DNA from: a virus
Lineage: Duplodnaviria > Caudoviricetes
Direction: 5' to 3' (one strand)
DNA length: 64,000 nt
Virus record (IMG/VR): IMGVR_UViG_3300035696_003004
Location: 1-64,000 of that record
Of this stretch, positions 1-7,965 are shown piece after piece. The notes under the pieces were generated by a model, which saw nothing but the letters and a program-made list of their open reading frames with translations, was not told where the DNA came from and did no database searches. The stretch's first letter is position 1; every line of letters begins with the position of its first letter. A program made the translations under genes and the position numbers.

Positions 1-23
1 ACGACGTACTTTGGGGAAAAGCG

Positions 24-1091
24 ATGGATGAACCAATTTACGGAATCGATGAACAGCAAATAGATATTCCGAAATTTCATCATTCGGTTGGATTCAAGAA
101 TTTGTTTGCTGCATTGATTCAGTCACAATCTGAATTTAAGCCGGTACCGAAGAACAAAACGGCATCGATTTATAGCCCAAAAACAGGAAAGACGTATAGC
201 TATAAATATGCCGATTTGGCCGATATATTGGCGATGGCACTTCCCGTGCTAACTAAACACGATTTGGGAATCATTCAGCCTAACGTTTTGGTTAACTCAC
301 AACTGCGTATTGTCACGCATTTGATTCATTCAACCGGTGAATGGATGTGCGGCGACGGTTTTGCATTGATCGAAACAGGGCCGCGGCAGGATGTTGGGAC
401 AGACGCCACCTATAACCGTCGCTATGACCTTTGCAGTTTGCTGGGCATCGTTGCCGACGAAGATATCGACGCGCAAAAGGATATGCTGACAGAGCCGCCA
501 ACCGTTCGACAACCGTCTCCTTCGAGAACCAACCAAGCGAAGCAAAAGCCGCAAACAGAGCCGGATTCATACCATTCAGCCGCCGAAGAACTGCTTAATC
601 ATCGGGACGAAATTATCGCCAAACTTAAATTGCTAGAACCCAGCGCTCATAATTTGGGGCAAATGGCCAAAAAGATGTTCCCCGGCCACGAAAACACCAA
701 AACGCTGACGGTTCCAGATTTAGAGCATTTGCTAAAAACGCTGAAAAAAGAGAAAGCGCCAGCTGCGGCTTTTGAACCGCCCGTTCTTCTTACCCAGGAA
801 ATTCCCCTGGAAATACCGCCGGATGTAGAGGATATGTTTGACGAAGGCGTAGTGACCACGGCTAGCCGGCTGCAAGGCCCGACGATTGGCAAAGGATTGG
901 CCCAAAGGCTGCATAAGCTCATTGGCATCCACAAAATCCACACGGAAGAAGAGCTAAAGAGGGACTACTTGGATCCTGTTGGCTTGGAGCATGTGTCGGA
1001 TCTGCCCCGTGATCTCTATGATTCGCTTTGCGCATGGGCCGAAGGAACATTGGAAGAAGGAAGTGCCGTAAACGAGGAGCAAAAGCCTTGA
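24..1091 (+). CDS. erf: ERF-family single-strand annealing protein
   Basis: N-terminal ERF motifs: YKYADLADI, HSTGEW, GTDATYNRRYDLCSLLGIVADEDID. Confidence 0.85.
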   Translation: MDEPIYGIDEQQIDIPKFHHSVGFKNLFAALIQSQSEFKPVPKNKTASIYSPKTGKTYSYKYADLADILAMALPVLTKHDLGIIQPNVLVNSQLRIVTHLIHSTGEWMCGDGFALIETGPRQDVGTDATYNRRYDLCSLLGIVADEDIDAQKDMLTEPPTVRQPSPSRTNQAKQKPQTEPDSYHSAAEELLNHRDEIIAKLKLLEPSAHNLGQMAKKMFPGHENTKTLTVPDLEHLLKTLKKEKAPAAAFEPPVLLTQEIPLEIPPDVEDMFDEGVVTTASRLQGPTIGKGLAQRLHKLIGIHKIHTEEELKRDYLDPVGLEHVSDLPRDLYDSLCAWAEGTLEEGSAVNEEQKP

Positions 1092-1366
1092 ATTTGGATG
1101 TCAATTTGCGAACGGTAGTGATCGAGCTGGAGCCTGTCGAGCATAGCAGCCACGTGGTTGCAACGGGTATGCCCCCCCAAACAGCGGTTATGGAGGTTAA
1201 ATTCCGGATGGTTCGCACTACCGCTGGCCCAAAATCCCAGCTACCGTTTATGAAACAATGCGTGCGGCCGAGAGCATTGGCAAGTTTTTGCGACAAATCG
1301 AAAAAAATTATGGAAAAGGAATTTGTGTTTGATTTAAGATTCTCTTCTCGGGCGAATGCTCGATGA
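1088..1366 (+). CDS. hypothetical protein
   Basis: TTG start overlaps the erf stop; co-oriented in the operon. Confidence 0.5.
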   Translation: MNLDVNLRTVVIELEPVEHSSHVVATGMPPQTAVMEVKFRMVRTTAGPKSQLPFMKQCVRPRALASFCDKSKKIMEKEFVFDLRFSSRANAR

Positions 1367-1692
1367 GGAGAAACATTATGCGAACGGTTGATTTTAGCCA
1401 AGCTTTTCCAACACGGACGACCATCGAGCCGTATTTGGCAATTGTAGATGCCGCCGGGAAGGTAACAAAGGGGAACGATGGAAGGCCTCGGGTAATTGTC
1501 GAAGATTATGACACTGCCCAATTGGCCAATAAAGCGGCTCGTACCATCCGCAATTACAGTCAGAACCATCATCTGTCATTGCATGTTACATGCCCTGAGG
1601 GATCAAGGGAAATCAAGGTTTACAAGGGCACGCCGCGAGCATCGGCAAGGAAGAAGGATGCTGCTCAACCCGTCGAGTCCGATACCGAATAG
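1363..1692 (+). CDS. hypothetical protein
   Basis: ATGA overlap with the previous stop; 109 aa. Confidence 0.6.
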   Translation: MRRNIMRTVDFSQAFPTRTTIEPYLAIVDAAGKVTKGNDGRPRVIVEDYDTAQLANKAARTIRNYSQNHHLSLHVTCPEGSREIKVYKGTPRASARKKDAAQPVESDTE

Positions 1693-2326
1693 GATTGAAA
1701 TCCCTGGGGGATGGTTTGAACCTAATGGGCACGTTTACCGTGACATTAAGGGAAACAGAGTACCGAGTGTCACGCAGATTTTCCAGATTTTGGGCCTCGT
1801 CGATTACGGCGATGTCGATCCCCAAGTATTACGGCACAAAGCGGAAATCGGCATCGCCGTTCATAAAGCCATAGAACTTCTCCTACAAAACAATTTGGAT
1901 TGGGATACGGTCGATAATGCCGCGATGAGCTATGTCGTGGGTGCGGAGCTATGGTTTCGCAACATGAAGTTTTGGTTGGCTGCTTGCGAACAGCAAGGGA
2001 TTTTTCAAATCAACGGCATGAAATTCGGCTATCAGTATGACCAGCGCGGTTCGATTGCATATCAAGGACAGCGCCGAGCGGTCATTGTCGACCTAAAAAC
2101 CAGCTTAAAAGAAAGCCCCACGTGGGCATTACAGACGGCGGCATATGCGCTTGCTGCACCACCGCTTGAAAAGGGACAGCGTTATTTGCGAGTGGTTCTC
2201 CATCTTCAAAAGGACGGCCATGCCAAGCCGATCTATTACACCGATCAGCAGGATGAGCAGACGTTTTTGTATATGGCCTATACGGCAATCTGGAAAATGA
2301 ACCATCAGTACAAATTGGCAGCATAA
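1658..2326 (+). CDS. PD-(D/E)XK exonuclease, likely ERF partner
   Basis: VPSVTQI, G..VH, D...IVDLKT and QTAAY RecB-like motifs; start uncertain. Confidence 0.75.
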   Translation: MLLNPSSPIPNRIEIPGGWFEPNGHVYRDIKGNRVPSVTQIFQILGLVDYGDVDPQVLRHKAEIGIAVHKAIELLLQNNLDWDTVDNAAMSYVVGAELWFRNMKFWLAACEQQGIFQINGMKFGYQYDQRGSIAYQGQRRAVIVDLKTSLKESPTWALQTAAYALAAPPLEKGQRYLRVVLHLQKDGHAKPIYYTDQQDEQTFLYMAYTAIWKMNHQYKLAA

Positions 2327-2337
2327 AGGAAATAGAC

Positions 2338-3024
2338 ATGGAAATCGATTTTAATGCGGATCCAGAAGAGCAACAGCTAGCGCTGGCAAAACCTGAATTG
2401 CTTATGCCTACGGGCTTTGACCTCAAGCAAACGGCAATGCGGCAAGAGATGCAAGCGGTTGTGCGTTATTCCGCTGGCATTGTGGACGCTGGCATTATCT
2501 CGATTGAAGAGCATGAGAAAGCCATCGAGGCAGGGCGACTTTTGCAGGTAATGACAAAGAACATCACCGACTTTTATAAACCGATCAAACAGATGATTGA
2601 TCGACTAAAGCAGCCGATTCTCGATATGGAACATGCGGATTCCGATGCGGTAAAAATCGCCAAGGAATCGCTGGCATCGGCGATCCAAGATTTTGAGCAC
2701 AAGCAGGCAGAGGCGGAAGCGGCACGGCTCCAGGAGGCTCTTGCAGCGGCTCCAAAGGGCGCGGAAGGGGAATTGCCTATGCCAGTGATCGTGCAGGCCA
2801 CTATGCCAGCTAAAACGCGCGGCAAAGTGGATCGTACGCGCTGGGATTCCGCAGTTGTGGATTTTCCCAAGCTAGTTCATGCGGTCGATACCAGCGAAGT
2901 GCCCATAGCCGCGTTGCTGCCCAACCAGCGCTACCTCGATAAACGAGCAGATGCTGATCGTGAAGGGTTTTCGATTCCGGGCGTGATTGCGCGCAAAACG
3001 GAAAAGATTCATTTTCGCGCTTAG
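2338..3024 (+). CDS. conserved-looking phage recombination-module protein, function unknown
   Basis: RBS AAGGAAA; coiled-coil core; C-terminal IPGV motif. Confidence 0.6.
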   Translation: MEIDFNADPEEQQLALAKPELLMPTGFDLKQTAMRQEMQAVVRYSAGIVDAGIISIEEHEKAIEAGRLLQVMTKNITDFYKPIKQMIDRLKQPILDMEHADSDAVKIAKESLASAIQDFEHKQAEAEAARLQEALAAAPKGAEGELPMPVIVQATMPAKTRGKVDRTRWDSAVVDFPKLVHAVDTSEVPIAALLPNQRYLDKRADADREGFSIPGVIARKTEKIHFRA

Positions 3025-3035
3025 TCCAAAAAGGG

Positions 3036-3064
3036 TTGACAGAATTATGGAAGATCCTTTCAAT
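3036..3064 (+). promoter_or_regulatory. putative sigma70 promoter
   Basis: TTGACA-17 nt-TTCAAT. Confidence 0.4.
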
Positions 3065-3146
3065 AAAAGCAGTGCGCATTGTGAGCGCGCAAAAATCGGC
3101 TGCCAGCGGGAATTGACCCCTCTTGCTGTGAGTAGGTGCCGAGCAG

Positions 3147-3196
3147 ACGGCGTAGGACGGCACTTCCTCGGCGCCAGTCCTACGCCGTTTTGTTTG
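3147..3196 (+). terminator. terminator/attenuator hairpin in the leader of the Xis-like gene
   Basis: 12-bp stem ACGGCGTAGGAC/GTCCTACGCCGT, 18-nt loop, then TTTGTTTG. Confidence 0.6.
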
Positions 3197-3301
3197 TTCG
3201 TAATATATTTATCGTGTTGTATTAAGTTCCAAAAAGGGGTAGAGTAAGTAAGTTTTTCTGGAACGGCTCCCATGAACCAAATGGTAGACGGAGGTTTCAC
3301 A

Positions 3302-3571
3302 ATGAATACAATGAGCAGCAAACAGTTGGAGCCGCTAATCAATGCGGTTGATGCGGCCAAATACTTGGGATTTGCTCCGTTGACTGTGCGTCGGATGGCG
3401 CGGTCTGGAAGAATACCATCGATCGCTTTTCCCGTTGGAAACGCAGGAAAACACCTGCACAAATTCCGTATGTCGGATCTGGAAACCTACGTAAAGTCGT
3501 TGGAGTACCAAATGCCCGTACCAGCAATCAAGGAAGCGCCGCAATCCGATCAGCCATCGGATTCGCTTTAA
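3302..3571 (+). CDS. excisionase-like helix-turn-helix protein
   Basis: LINAVDAAKYLG...TVRRMARSGRIP, HTH_17/MerR-like; next to the integrase. Confidence 0.75.
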   Translation: MNTMSSKQLEPLINAVDAAKYLGFAPLTVRRMARSGRIPSIAFPVGNAGKHLHKFRMSDLETYVKSLEYQMPVPAIKEAPQSDQPSDSL

Positions 3572-3600
3572 GGCGGTTTGCCCAAGGCTTTAATGAGCGG

Positions 3601-3652
3601 GGGGAGAATTTCTGTACTGCGGTACAGATTTGATTCTCCCCTCCTTTTTTTA
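3601..3652 (+). terminator. intrinsic terminator
   Basis: GGGGAGAAT..CTGTAC/GTACAG..ATTCTCCCC stem followed by a T run. Confidence 0.6.
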
Positions 3653-3666
3653 TTGGCAAACACAGA

Positions 3667-3940
3667 TAGGGGCATTTTTGGGGGCATATTAAAAATACTG
3701 GACTCTATCTTTAAGAAAATAAAAGATAATTTCATTCCTCGGTGGAATGCAATATACGCGCATCAACTACGACTTGCATCGACTTTTTAGATAAAAATTG
3801 AACGTTTTTATTGTTGAAAATAAATAAGTTCTGCGGTATAGTCAATTTTGTTGAGCGATCAATCTCGACTTGGGGGCATTTTAGCTTTTTATGCAAAATA
3901 CCCCCAAGTTGGGGGCATTTTTTGGGGCGAAATGCCCCCA
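3667..3940. repeat. attP-like region with integrase arm-type repeats
   Basis: TTGGGGGCAT at 3678, 3870 and 3909, inverted copies near 3898 and 3932; AT-rich; between xis-like and int genes. Confidence 0.6.
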
Positions 3941-3995
3941 TAAAAATCCACTGAACAAGCGTTATAAAGCGGAATGCCGGAAAAGGAAACGAAAA

Positions 3996-5231
3996 ATGAA
4001 ATTGAACAATTTGAAGTGCGAAAAGGCCAAGCCGGCAGCCAAGCCATACCGCTTGACTGATGGTGGGGGCCTCCGTTTGCTGGTGATGCCGACTGGTGCC
4101 AAGCTATGGCGCTGGAAGTATCGTTTCGAGGGCAAGGAAAAACAGATGGCTCTCGGCAAGTATCCGGAAGTTCCACTGGCGCAGGCGCGAATGCTCCACG
4201 CTGCCGCTCGTGCCAAGTTGGCAAACGGCAATGATCCGATGACCGAACGGAAAGAGAATAAGGAACAACAAAAAGCTGAACTTGATGAGGGAAAAAAAGC
4301 CGCGACGCTTACCTACGGATCATTGGTACGACAATGGTTTAATTGGTGGGGAAAAAACAAAAATCCGAAATATGCATTGCAAGTTGAAAACTTGATAGAA
4401 AAATATATCATTGCTACGCTTGGCAAGAAATTGCCTGCACAGATTACCCGGTTGGAGATTATAGCCATTGTTCACGCAGTCGATGAAAGCGGTACTCGTG
4501 AAACGGCGAGACGAATTCTTCAATTTATCTCTCAGATTTTTGTGTTTGGCTGTGACCGCGGACTAATTTTGTCGACTCCGGCTGCCGGTATTAAACCGAG
4601 TAACATACTAAGTCAACCAATCGATCATGGTGGTCGTGCACATTTGCCTATTGCGGAAGTGCCAGAACTATTGGCCAAAATGGATGAGTATGACGGTAAT
4701 GTTTTAACACGAATTGCCATGCATCTATTGAGCCTAACATTTTTGCGCACGCGCGAACTTTTGGATGCGCAGTGGAATGAAATCGATTGGGAGCAAAAAC
4801 AATGGCGCATCCCGCCCGAGCGCATGAAAATGAAAAGGCCACATATTGTTCCTCTGGCAAAACAAACGGTTGGATTACTCAAACGTCTTCATAATCTAAC
4901 CGGCGAAGGCGAATGGTTGTTCCCTAATACTCGTGGTGATACAAAGTCGATGACCAGAGGAACCTTTTTGTATGCATTAAAGCGGATGGGCTACAAAGGC
5001 CGTATGACCGGCCATGGTTGGCGTGCTATCGCTTCTACTTGGTTACATGAACACGGTTTTACGCACGAGCACATCGAATTGCAGCTGGCTCATTCGTCGA
5101 ACGACAAAGTTTCGGCAGCTTACAACTTTGCAAAGTATCTTGCTGATCGCACCGTCATGATGCAAGCGTGGGCGGATGCGCTCGACGAAATGAGGAACAA
5201 AGGCGAGCATCGGTTGCAAGTCGTCGCTTGA
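3996..5231 (+). CDS. int: P4-type tyrosine integrase
   Basis: Arm-binding N-terminus (LTDGGGLRLLV..TGAKLWRWKYR); catalytic R (FLRTREL), HGWR, LAH and Y (AAYNF). Confidence 0.95.
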   Translation: MKLNNLKCEKAKPAAKPYRLTDGGGLRLLVMPTGAKLWRWKYRFEGKEKQMALGKYPEVPLAQARMLHAAARAKLANGNDPMTERKENKEQQKAELDEGKKAATLTYGSLVRQWFNWWGKNKNPKYALQVENLIEKYIIATLGKKLPAQITRLEIIAIVHAVDESGTRETARRILQFISQIFVFGCDRGLILSTPAAGIKPSNILSQPIDHGGRAHLPIAEVPELLAKMDEYDGNVLTRIAMHLLSLTFLRTRELLDAQWNEIDWEQKQWRIPPERMKMKRPHIVPLAKQTVGLLKRLHNLTGEGEWLFPNTRGDTKSMTRGTFLYALKRMGYKGRMTGHGWRAIASTWLHEHGFTHEHIELQLAHSSNDKVSAAYNFAKYLADRTVMMQAWADALDEMRNKGEHRLQVVA

Positions 5232-5443
5232 ACTTTGCGGGTGGCTGTGGAAAAAGGCAAAAATCGCGGCCACCCGACAAAATATTTTATATAGCTGTTA
5301 GGACTTTTACGATCAATTTATAAGTCCAATTACGACTCGAATCGACATAGATAGACTTATCTTTTTGTTTTGCAGATTTCCACAATTGCTCTTCCTATTG
5401 CAAAAAAAATAGGACTATAGATAATGCGTCATGGGGATAATCC

Positions 5444-5656
5444 ATGAGTAAAAATACTAGCCCTCCCAAAGAGCAGCTGCCTTTTGTTCTTCGCAAAAAG
5501 CAAGTCGCAAAAATGCTCGGTTTAAGCGAAGCCACCATTTACAAAAAGCAGAAAGCAGGCGTTTTTCCCTTGCCGGTAAAGCTGGGGAATCGCGCCATTG
5601 GTTGGCTAACCGTTGACATCCAAAATTGGTTGGCCGAACGGGCAATTAGCAAGTAA
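5444..5656 (+). CDS. alpA: AlpA-family regulator / recombination directionality factor
   Basis: LRKKQVAKMLGLSEATIYK...FPLPVKLGNRAIGW. Confidence 0.85.
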   Translation: MSKNTSPPKEQLPFVLRKKQVAKMLGLSEATIYKKQKAGVFPLPVKLGNRAIGWLTVDIQNWLAERAISK

Positions 5657-5681
5657 TTGTAGTGCATCGAGTAAACACTAC
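5653..5681 (+). repeat. solitary CRISPR-repeat-like unit
   Basis: GTAATTGTAGTGCATCGA shares TTGTAGTGCATCGA with the array repeats; forms hairpin GTAGTG/CACTAC. Confidence 0.35.
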
Positions 5682-6815
5682 GTGGCTGCCTACTATAACG
5701 AGATCAATCCATTAAAAGCCGAGATTATAAGACAAGCTATTCAGGCTGGTGCCATTGCGTCTGGAGATGTTGATGATAGAAGCATCATCGAAGTACAAGC
5801 AACCGACCTTGTGGGATATACCCAATGCCACTTCTTTGCTGGCGGAGGATTCTGGTCGCTTGCGCTCCGGCAAGCTGGATGGCCAGACGAGCGACCAGTT
5901 TGGACGGGAAGTTGCCCATGCCCAAGTTTTTCCGCAGCGGGCAAAGGACAAGGGTTTGCAGACCCTCGTCACCTCTGGCCTGATTGGATACGACTCATCC
6001 GCGAGTGCCGACCTGCAGTCATTTTTGGAGAACAAGTTAGTGCCGCAATTGGACATGGCTGGCTCGACCTTGTTCAAACTGACTTGGAAGCGGAAGCGTA
6101 CGCCGTTGGGAAGATCGTATTTGGAGCGTGCAGCGTCGGCGCACCGCACATTCGACAACGGCTTTACTTTTTGGCCAAGTCCGAAGGCGTCAAATGCGGG
6201 GCCGGATTACGCAATTCTCAATCGACCAAACAGTGGCGGGATCAGCATAGCGACGGCTGCGGCGCTGGCATCGTGGACGACGCCGAAAGCAGAAGACTCG
6301 GAATGCGCGGGAGCGCATCGGGGCAAGCCAGACACGCTGCACAGCCAAGCGAATTTGGCGGCATGGGCGACACCGGCCGAGCGGGATTATCGGACAGCCA
6401 ACTTGAAGAGCTTTGCGGAACGTGGCGGAGGCAAGAAGGGCGAGCAACTACAAAACCAAGTGAAATTGCTGGCTGGCTGGCCGAGCCCATGCACGCCGAA
6501 CGGCGGGCGATCGATGTCGACGAAGGTTATGGATGCAACGGGGAAAACGCTGGACGGCAAGAAATATACGGCGAGTTTGGAGCACGCAGTAAAGTTTGCA
6601 GGCCCGGTCCGCTTAACGGCTTCTGGCGAGATGCTGACTGGATCGGATGCAGAGATGGCAAGTTCCGGCCAGTTAAACCCGGAACATTCCCTTTGGCTAC
6701 AGGGTATTCCGGACGTGTGGGTCTCCTTCGCCTTGCGGGCGATGCAATCTGCGTGCCTGCGGCGCAAGCGTTCATTGAAAGCTACCTTGAAATTAACGAG
6801 TCAAGAGGCCAATGA
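5682..6815 (+). CDS. C5 cytosine DNA methyltransferase (main polypeptide)
   Basis: HFFAGGG (motif I), GSCPCPSFS (IV), GEQV (VI), HIRQRL (VIII), LRLAGDAI (X); GTG start inferred. Confidence 0.85.
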   Translation: MAAYYNEINPLKAEIIRQAIQAGAIASGDVDDRSIIEVQATDLVGYTQCHFFAGGGFWSLALRQAGWPDERPVWTGSCPCPSFSAAGKGQGFADPRHLWPDWIRLIRECRPAVIFGEQVSAAIGHGWLDLVQTDLEAEAYAVGKIVFGACSVGAPHIRQRLYFLAKSEGVKCGAGLRNSQSTKQWRDQHSDGCGAGIVDDAESRRLGMRGSASGQARHAAQPSEFGGMGDTGRAGLSDSQLEELCGTWRRQEGRATTKPSEIAGWLAEPMHAERRAIDVDEGYGCNGENAGRQEIYGEFGARSKVCRPGPLNGFWRDADWIGCRDGKFRPVKPGTFPLATGYSGRVGLLRLAGDAICVPAAQAFIESYLEINESRGQ

Positions 6816-6822
6816 AATTTGA
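5749..6822 (+). CDS. overlapping alternative-frame ORF carrying a motif-IX-like segment (putative beta subunit)
   Basis: 357 aa open frame nested in the MTase gene; WPSP/WTTP/WATP repeats; GQLNPEHSLWLQGIPDVW. Confidence 0.55.
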   Translation: MPLRLEMLMIEASSKYKQPTLWDIPNATSLLAEDSGRLRSGKLDGQTSDQFGREVAHAQVFPQRAKDKGLQTLVTSGLIGYDSSASADLQSFLENKLVPQLDMAGSTLFKLTWKRKRTPLGRSYLERAASAHRTFDNGFTFWPSPKASNAGPDYAILNRPNSGGISIATAAALASWTTPKAEDSECAGAHRGKPDTLHSQANLAAWATPAERDYRTANLKSFAERGGGKKGEQLQNQVKLLAGWPSPCTPNGGRSMSTKVMDATGKTLDGKKYTASLEHAVKFAGPVRLTASGEMLTGSDAEMASSGQLNPEHSLWLQGIPDVWVSFALRAMQSACLRRKRSLKATLKLTSQEANEI

Positions 6823-7712
6823 TGGATTCCAAGGTCGATATATGGATGCCGTTGGCAATTGGAGATTACCTTGCGGATACATCGCACTTAAACACGACAC
6901 AGCACGGGGCGTATCTGCTGCTGTTAATGCACTATTGGCGAAAGGGGCCTTTGCCGAATGATCCCGAACAATTGGCAAACATTACCAAACTTTCAATGGA
7001 TGCTTGGAGCATTAACCAAGCAGTACTTATGCAATTCTTCGTAGTTGGCGAAGATAGCTTGCTTCATCAAAAACGCAGCGATCGAGAAAGAAAGGTTTGG
7101 ATGGATAAACGAGCAAAAGCGCAAGATAAGGCGTCAAAGGCCGCAAAAGCGCGCTGGAAAGATGCTTCAAGCATAACTTCGAGTAATGCTCAGAGCAATG
7201 CACAGGCAATGCTTAATTCATGCCCGTTACCATTACCTTTACCTTTACCATTACCATCACCATTACCAATACCTAAACCGCTTTTACCGGAATTTGCAAA
7301 AAACGCAAATTCCTCGTCAAGCGCTGACGCGCTCGACAACTGTTTGGAATCTGAATTTTCCTTTGACGAACCGATTCAACCAAACCTCACACGCGAAGTG
7401 GTATTGCAGAACGTTTATCAGCATTACCTGAAGCAAACTGGACGAAAAGCGAGCATGTATGCCTTAACCAGCTTGCGAAAGCAAAAGGCGTGCGCCCGGA
7501 TGGACGAAGCCTTGGCTGGGCTTGCAGATGGCAGTTTGGAAAAGGCGCAGCTGCTCATGATGGCCGCCATCGATGAGCTGGTGAACGACGACTGGCACAT
7601 GGGCCGCAATCCGAAAACCGGTGGCAAAAAGTTCATTGAATGGGAAACCCATTTGTTTGGCAGTAGAGAGATTTTTGAAAAGTGGATTCGATCGGCTGCC
7701 GAAGGGAATTAG
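6819..7712 (+). CDS. DUF1376/YdaU-family replication initiator
   Basis: WMPLAIGDYLADTSHLNTTQHGAYLLLLMHYW. Confidence 0.85.
   Translation: MMDSKVDIWMPLAIGDYLADTSHLNTTQHGAYLLLLMHYWRKGPLPNDPEQLANITKLSMDAWSINQAVLMQFFVVGEDSLLHQKRSDRERKVWMDKRAKAQDKASKAAKARWKDASSITSSNAQSNAQAMLNSCPLPLPLPLPLPSPLPIPKPLLPEFAKNANSSSSADALDNCLESEFSFDEPIQPNLTREVVLQNVYQHYLKQTGRKASMYALTSLRKQKACARMDEALAGLADGSLEKAQLLMMAAIDELVNDDWHMGRNPKTGGKKFIEWETHLFGSREIFEKWIRSAAEGN
7150..7275. repeat. candidate replication origin inside the initiator gene
   Basis: ATGC/GCAATGC repeats, then tandem TTACC(A/T) hexamers encoding PLPLPLP. Confidence 0.35.
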
Positions 7713-7745
7713 AAGCGGCGATCAACAACCGAAAGGAGCATCAAA

Positions 7746-7961
7746 ATGCCGGAACGACTTGTAACCATCTCGCTTAATCCCGTGGAATTGCGGATCTTTC
7801 GCCGGGCCGTAGCGCAGGCAGTCGATGCCGGCGAAATCGAGTGGAAGGCCGGATTGCAGCGCGTCTGCGAGTTGATGAAATTGCAACACGGCGAAGTGGT
7901 GCCAAAGGTTCGTCGCATCGGACTCGAAAAGAAAACCGTTCGTCGGCAAAAAGCTGCGTGA
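7746..7961 (+). CDS. hypothetical protein
   Basis: RBS AAGGAG; 71 aa. Confidence 0.65.
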   Translation: MPERLVTISLNPVELRIFRRAVAQAVDAGEIEWKAGLQRVCELMKLQHGEVVPKVRRIGLEKKTVRRQKAA

Positions 7962-7965
7962 AAGA

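Noticed and set aside
3690-3870. Specific attB target (tRNA, ssrA or guaA)
   Set aside because: No recognisable gene 3' end; the core cannot be assigned without a search
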